Assembly: GCA_965216465.1 (NCBI GenBank)
Contig: CBDCFW010000004.1
Coordinates: 128,001 to 192,000, forward strand
Length of the DNA stretch: 64,000 nt
Direction of reading: 5' to 3'
DNA from: Bacteroidia bacterium
GTDB taxonomy: Bacteria; Bacteroidota; Bacteroidia; NS11-12g; UBA9320
The position numbers and the translations under genes are program-made. Of the stretch, positions 60,735 through 64,000 are shown piece by piece. The notes under the pieces were generated by a model. The model worked only from the letters and a program-made list of their open reading frames with translations, ran no database searches and had not been told where the DNA came from. The stretch's first letter is position 1. Every line of letters starts with the position of its first letter.

Positions 60735-61637
60735 TTAGAATAACTGTCCTGCCAGTCTAAAAGGTTCCTTAAATTCATGGATAATTGCATGTCGACCTCC
60801 TAGCTTAACAGCCATAAATGGGAGCCTAATAGTAGCCATTATTAAACTGATTGAGGTATGTGCCAACAATTTAGTCACGTTTCTTTTTCTAACCAGTTTT
60901 TTTGATTTGCCTTTGGCATAAGCGGCTTTAAGAAAAGATAGAGTCGTTTTCTGATGACTTTGATGGTACACAATTAAGTTTGGGTCATAGTAAATTGTCT
61001 CGCCTTGACTTCGAAGCTTATCTTGCAAGTAAATTTCGTCGTAATATCCCAATTTGTTCCCTTTCATTCCAACATCAGGATTAAAACCCCCATTTTTTTG
61101 GAGTGATTCAACGTTAAATCCACAAGCACATCCATTTATATAGCCAGCTTCAGGAAGCGGTCCAAAATCATTTCTAAAAAGAGGAACTTCCACAAGCTCA
61201 GGTTTTATCCATTGAGGAGAATTTGCAGACCAATACTTTGTGTGCCCAGAAATGCAAACTATGTTGTGATTGGTTAGATGGGTCGACAGAATATCCACCA
61301 ACTGATTATCGGGATAGGCATCGTCATCCATGTAAAAGACAAAGGGAGCCTTGGCATGCTGCCATCCTGCATTGCGAGCGTTACTATGACCTATCTTGTG
61401 CTCAATTACATAATTGAGGTTCTTTATTTGTTGCTGATGACGGGTTACAACTTCAAGGGAGTTGTCGTTGCATGCATTTAAGACCACCAATATTTCAAAA
61501 GGCACTGTTGTAGAAATCGAAGCGTAATGTGCAAGGCTTTGATTCAACAGGTCGGCACGATTATGTGTGCAAATTATCAATGATATTTCAGGCTTTTTCT
61601 GCAACTTAGCAGCAATTTTAAGAGCAAATTTTGACAT
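60735..61637 (-). CDS. GT2 family glycosyltransferase
   Basis: ISLIICTHNR, ARNAG, YMDDD. The true start may be TTG 61604. Confidence 0.88.
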   Translation of the reverse strand: MSKFALKIAAKLQKKPEISLIICTHNRADLLNQSLAHYASISTTVPFEILVVLNACNDNSLEVVTRHQQQIKNLNYVIEHKIGHSNARNAGWQHAKAPFVFYMDDDAYPDNQLVDILSTHLTNHNIVCISGHTKYWSANSPQWIKPELVEVPLFRNDFGPLPEAGYINGCACGFNVESLQKNGGFNPDVGMKGNKLGYYDEIYLQDKLRSQGETIYYDPNLIVYHQSHQKTTLSFLKAAYAKGKSKKLVRKRNVTKLLAHTSISLIMATIRLPFMAVKLGGRHAIIHEFKEPFRLAGQLF

Positions 61638-62773
61638 TTAACCTAGTAATACCGGTTTATAATCGTCTTCACTCCATAAAGCGTTTGATGAATAGCATTC
61701 TCGCTACAACTATTAGAGGGGGAATGAATTTATATATCAGTTGTGAAAAGAATTCAAGCACAGAGGTGTTAGACTATATAAAATCGATAGAATGGAGTCA
61801 TGGAGCGTTTGAAATTATTGTTCAGAAAGAACAGCTCGGAGTTGATCGACACAATCTTGAATGTATGGCTATGGCCGAGAAATTAGGTCATGTGGTCATT
61901 CTCGAAGACGACCTAGTGGTTTCACCTTCATTTCAAGAGTATTTACTGGCTGCACAAGAAATAGCAAAAACAGAGAAGAAGCTAGCTGGAATAAGCTTGT
62001 ACAGATATCCATTGCGAGAGGCAAATCGTTTTCCGTTTGAGTTGATTCCTAACAGTGAATTTCTATATTACCAGCAAAGAGCCAGCAGTAAAGGATGCTT
62101 TTACAATTGGGAAATGCTTAAACCTTATTTTGAGTTTTTAGAAAGTTTTGACCACAACTATAATGCATATCATCTACCGCAAAATGTACTGCGTTGGAAA
62201 AATGAAGTCTGGGAAAAGAGCTTTTATGCATTTCTTCAACACAGTGATAAATATCTTGGATTTCCGAGGTACAGTTTGACTTCAGACTTTGCTGATACAG
62301 GGGTTCACATGAAAAAACAAGTTCATCGCTATCAGCATCAATCACAGCTTTACCTTTCAACAGAATTCATGAAGTTTAAACGTTGGAGGGACACAGAAAA
62401 TGTATATGACGCATTTTATGAACTGCATCCTGAGGTAGTTCGTCGATTAAATACGAGCTTGCAGGATGTTGATTTTGAGATGGATATTTATGGAACAAAA
62501 GACCTCTCAAAGGTTTCGCCTGAATTAACTCTTTCTGAACGTCAGACTAACCAAGCACAAAAATCGTGGGCACGGAGTTTAAAGCCAGAGGTCGTTAATG
62601 TAATCTGTGACCAAGAAGGTGATTTTTTCAAGCTGGCACCCACATCTTCGTTTAGCAATAAACAACATCGAAATAAGCTTAAAGAGAACTTTTTATACTA
62701 TTTCCCTGATACGCGCCTAACGGATCTTGTTCGGATGAAATTTAAAGAAGTAGTGTCAAGATTTACTGGATAG
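61631..62773 (+). CDS. GT-A fold glycosyltransferase
   Basis: VIPVYNR, ILEDDLVVSP, GISLY, FPRYSLT...DTGVH. Confidence 0.75.
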   Translation: MTFNLVIPVYNRLHSIKRLMNSILATTIRGGMNLYISCEKNSSTEVLDYIKSIEWSHGAFEIIVQKEQLGVDRHNLECMAMAEKLGHVVILEDDLVVSPSFQEYLLAAQEIAKTEKKLAGISLYRYPLREANRFPFELIPNSEFLYYQQRASSKGCFYNWEMLKPYFEFLESFDHNYNAYHLPQNVLRWKNEVWEKSFYAFLQHSDKYLGFPRYSLTSDFADTGVHMKKQVHRYQHQSQLYLSTEFMKFKRWRDTENVYDAFYELHPEVVRRLNTSLQDVDFEMDIYGTKDLSKVSPELTLSERQTNQAQKSWARSLKPEVVNVICDQEGDFFKLAPTSSFSNKQHRNKLKENFLYYFPDTRLTDLVRMKFKEVVSRFTG

Positions 62774-63998
62774 TGTAAACCCAGAGTCCCAAACTGTCGG
62801 ATCTCGATTTGTATAAAGATTTGATCGAAAGAAGACCCTTAACTGGTTTGATATCAGCTGTTTGTGCGAAACGCTTACCACCCATATTTAAATATTCTTC
62901 TAGTTGGATGCATTTACGAGGATTGGTCATTAGAACAACATCTCCACTTTTGATTGAATCAAATGGTTGTGTTCGAATTGGATCTAGTAAAATCATTCTA
63001 GAATTTGAATTGTCGAAGAATTGTGCAGTTGCAAAGTATGATTCTAAAAAGACCTTATTATCCCCTCCGTGTTTGGCAATCTCTTCGTGCACTTTGTAAA
63101 TCTGATTGCAGTAGGCCGAGTTTTCTATTCGCACATAATTCGGATGTATGACATTTAATGCCAGGTTAAAACCAAGTGCTAAATAGGCGAGGGGTTTCCA
63201 TTTCATGTCTTCTTTATTTTCTATGGTCCAAATGAGTAAAGGAATAAATAAGAAGACTAAGTAATAGCTCGTGCCAAGAGCGGAACATACAATAAATAAT
63301 GCCAGGAAGTTAAGCACCTTTTCTCGGCTCAAATGAGTTTTGAGTAAAAGCAAAAAAGCTGCAATTGTAATTCCACTGAATGAGAAAAACTTCACTAAAA
63401 CAGAAAGGTTATAGGTCTCAAGACGATACACCAGCATTGACTTAAACACGTTTTCAGGCATCAAGAAAAAAATGCTTAGGCCGACTATTCCGATAACCAA
63501 GAAGATTGCTCCGCGTTTAAGCGTCTGGGGAACTAAAGCCTGTTGAGCACAAAGAAAACCAGCAATAGCGAGTACTCCATTGGCAGGATGTAAGGCAACT
63601 AAAATTATTGCAAAAAGAAATCCCCATGTCAGTTTATGACTCGGTGTATCTAAAACCCTGTATCGAAGCCAAAAAAGAACGCTAAGCATTAACACTACAA
63701 CTTCTGGTCTTTGACTGAGTATAGATTTATCACTTATTAGAAGAGAAGCAATCAATAGCGACCACCACAAGTTCTGTGAATACATGTTCTTGGCTATCAA
63801 AAAGCCAAGAAGAAATATCACCAGTGCGTAGAACATCACAACACTATACTGAGATTTAACAACCAATGCGACTGGAGCTTGAACCCACCCAAATAATAGG
63901 GGAGTGTTGTATTGCGTAAACTCATTAAAGAAAGGATGCCCATTTATAATTGAAGCTGCCTGACTAAAATACCAAGCTCCATCTAATTCATTTATCGG
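62763..63998 (-). CDS. Polytopic membrane protein, possible GT-C glycosyltransferase (5' end outside window)
   Basis: Frame is open to the window edge (PINELDGAWYFSQAASII...); many TM helices; RPE motif; soluble C-terminal domain. Confidence 0.6.
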   Translation of the reverse strand, partial: PINELDGAWYFSQAASIINGHPFFNEFTQYNTPLLFGWVQAPVALVVKSQYSVVMFYALVIFLLGFLIAKNMYSQNLWWSLLIASLLISDKSILSQRPEVVVLMLSVLFWLRYRVLDTPSHKLTWGFLFAIILVALHPANGVLAIAGFLCAQQALVPQTLKRGAIFLVIGIVGLSIFFLMPENVFKSMLVYRLETYNLSVLVKFFSFSGITIAAFLLLLKTHLSREKVLNFLALFIVCSALGTSYYLVFLFIPLLIWTIENKEDMKWKPLAYLALGFNLALNVIHPNYVRIENSAYCNQIYKVHEEIAKHGGDNKVFLESYFATAQFFDNSNSRMILLDPIRTQPFDSIKSGDVVLMTNPRKCIQLEEYLNMGGKRFAQTADIKPVKGLLSIKSLYKSRSDSLGLWVYTIQ

Positions 63999-64000
63999 GC

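Overview
Core-genome segment of a compact, AT-rich Bacteroidota chromosome. The assignment rests on TAnnTTTG -7 promoters, SD-less starts, T9SS cargo, gldB and the rpsU-xerC-hpf-tRNA-tuf and rpoC-DUF3467 synteny. Bases 1-16 kb hold the translation/transcription cluster: rpsU, xerC, hpf, five tRNAs, tuf, secE, nusG, rplKAJL, rpoBC. Next come chrA, a T9SS beta-helix/repeat protein and a rel-fur-purA-fabD operon. A 12-kb minus-strand locus follows, made of an ECF sigma factor, a predicted dual-membrane-spanning anti-sigma factor and three T9SS cargo genes. The rest is housekeeping genes (Ldh_2, DPP III, ung, lipB, lnt, rsmI, L,D-transpeptidase, gldB, nadE, fbp, lysC, fdx-iscX-kdsC, ftsB, suhB) and the start of a glycosyltransferase cluster. 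I found no CRISPR array, IS element, prophage or rRNA. The best candidate for an uncharacterised system is the ECF/anti-sigma/T9SS-cargo locus (26121-38216). Secondary leads are an UNG with a rewritten intercalation loop coupled to an unannotated 46-aa membrane ORF, a candidate sRNA, a candidate sigma-54 promoter, an HD-YitT pair and an SD-less rpsU. All calls come from reading the sequence by eye; no searches were run.
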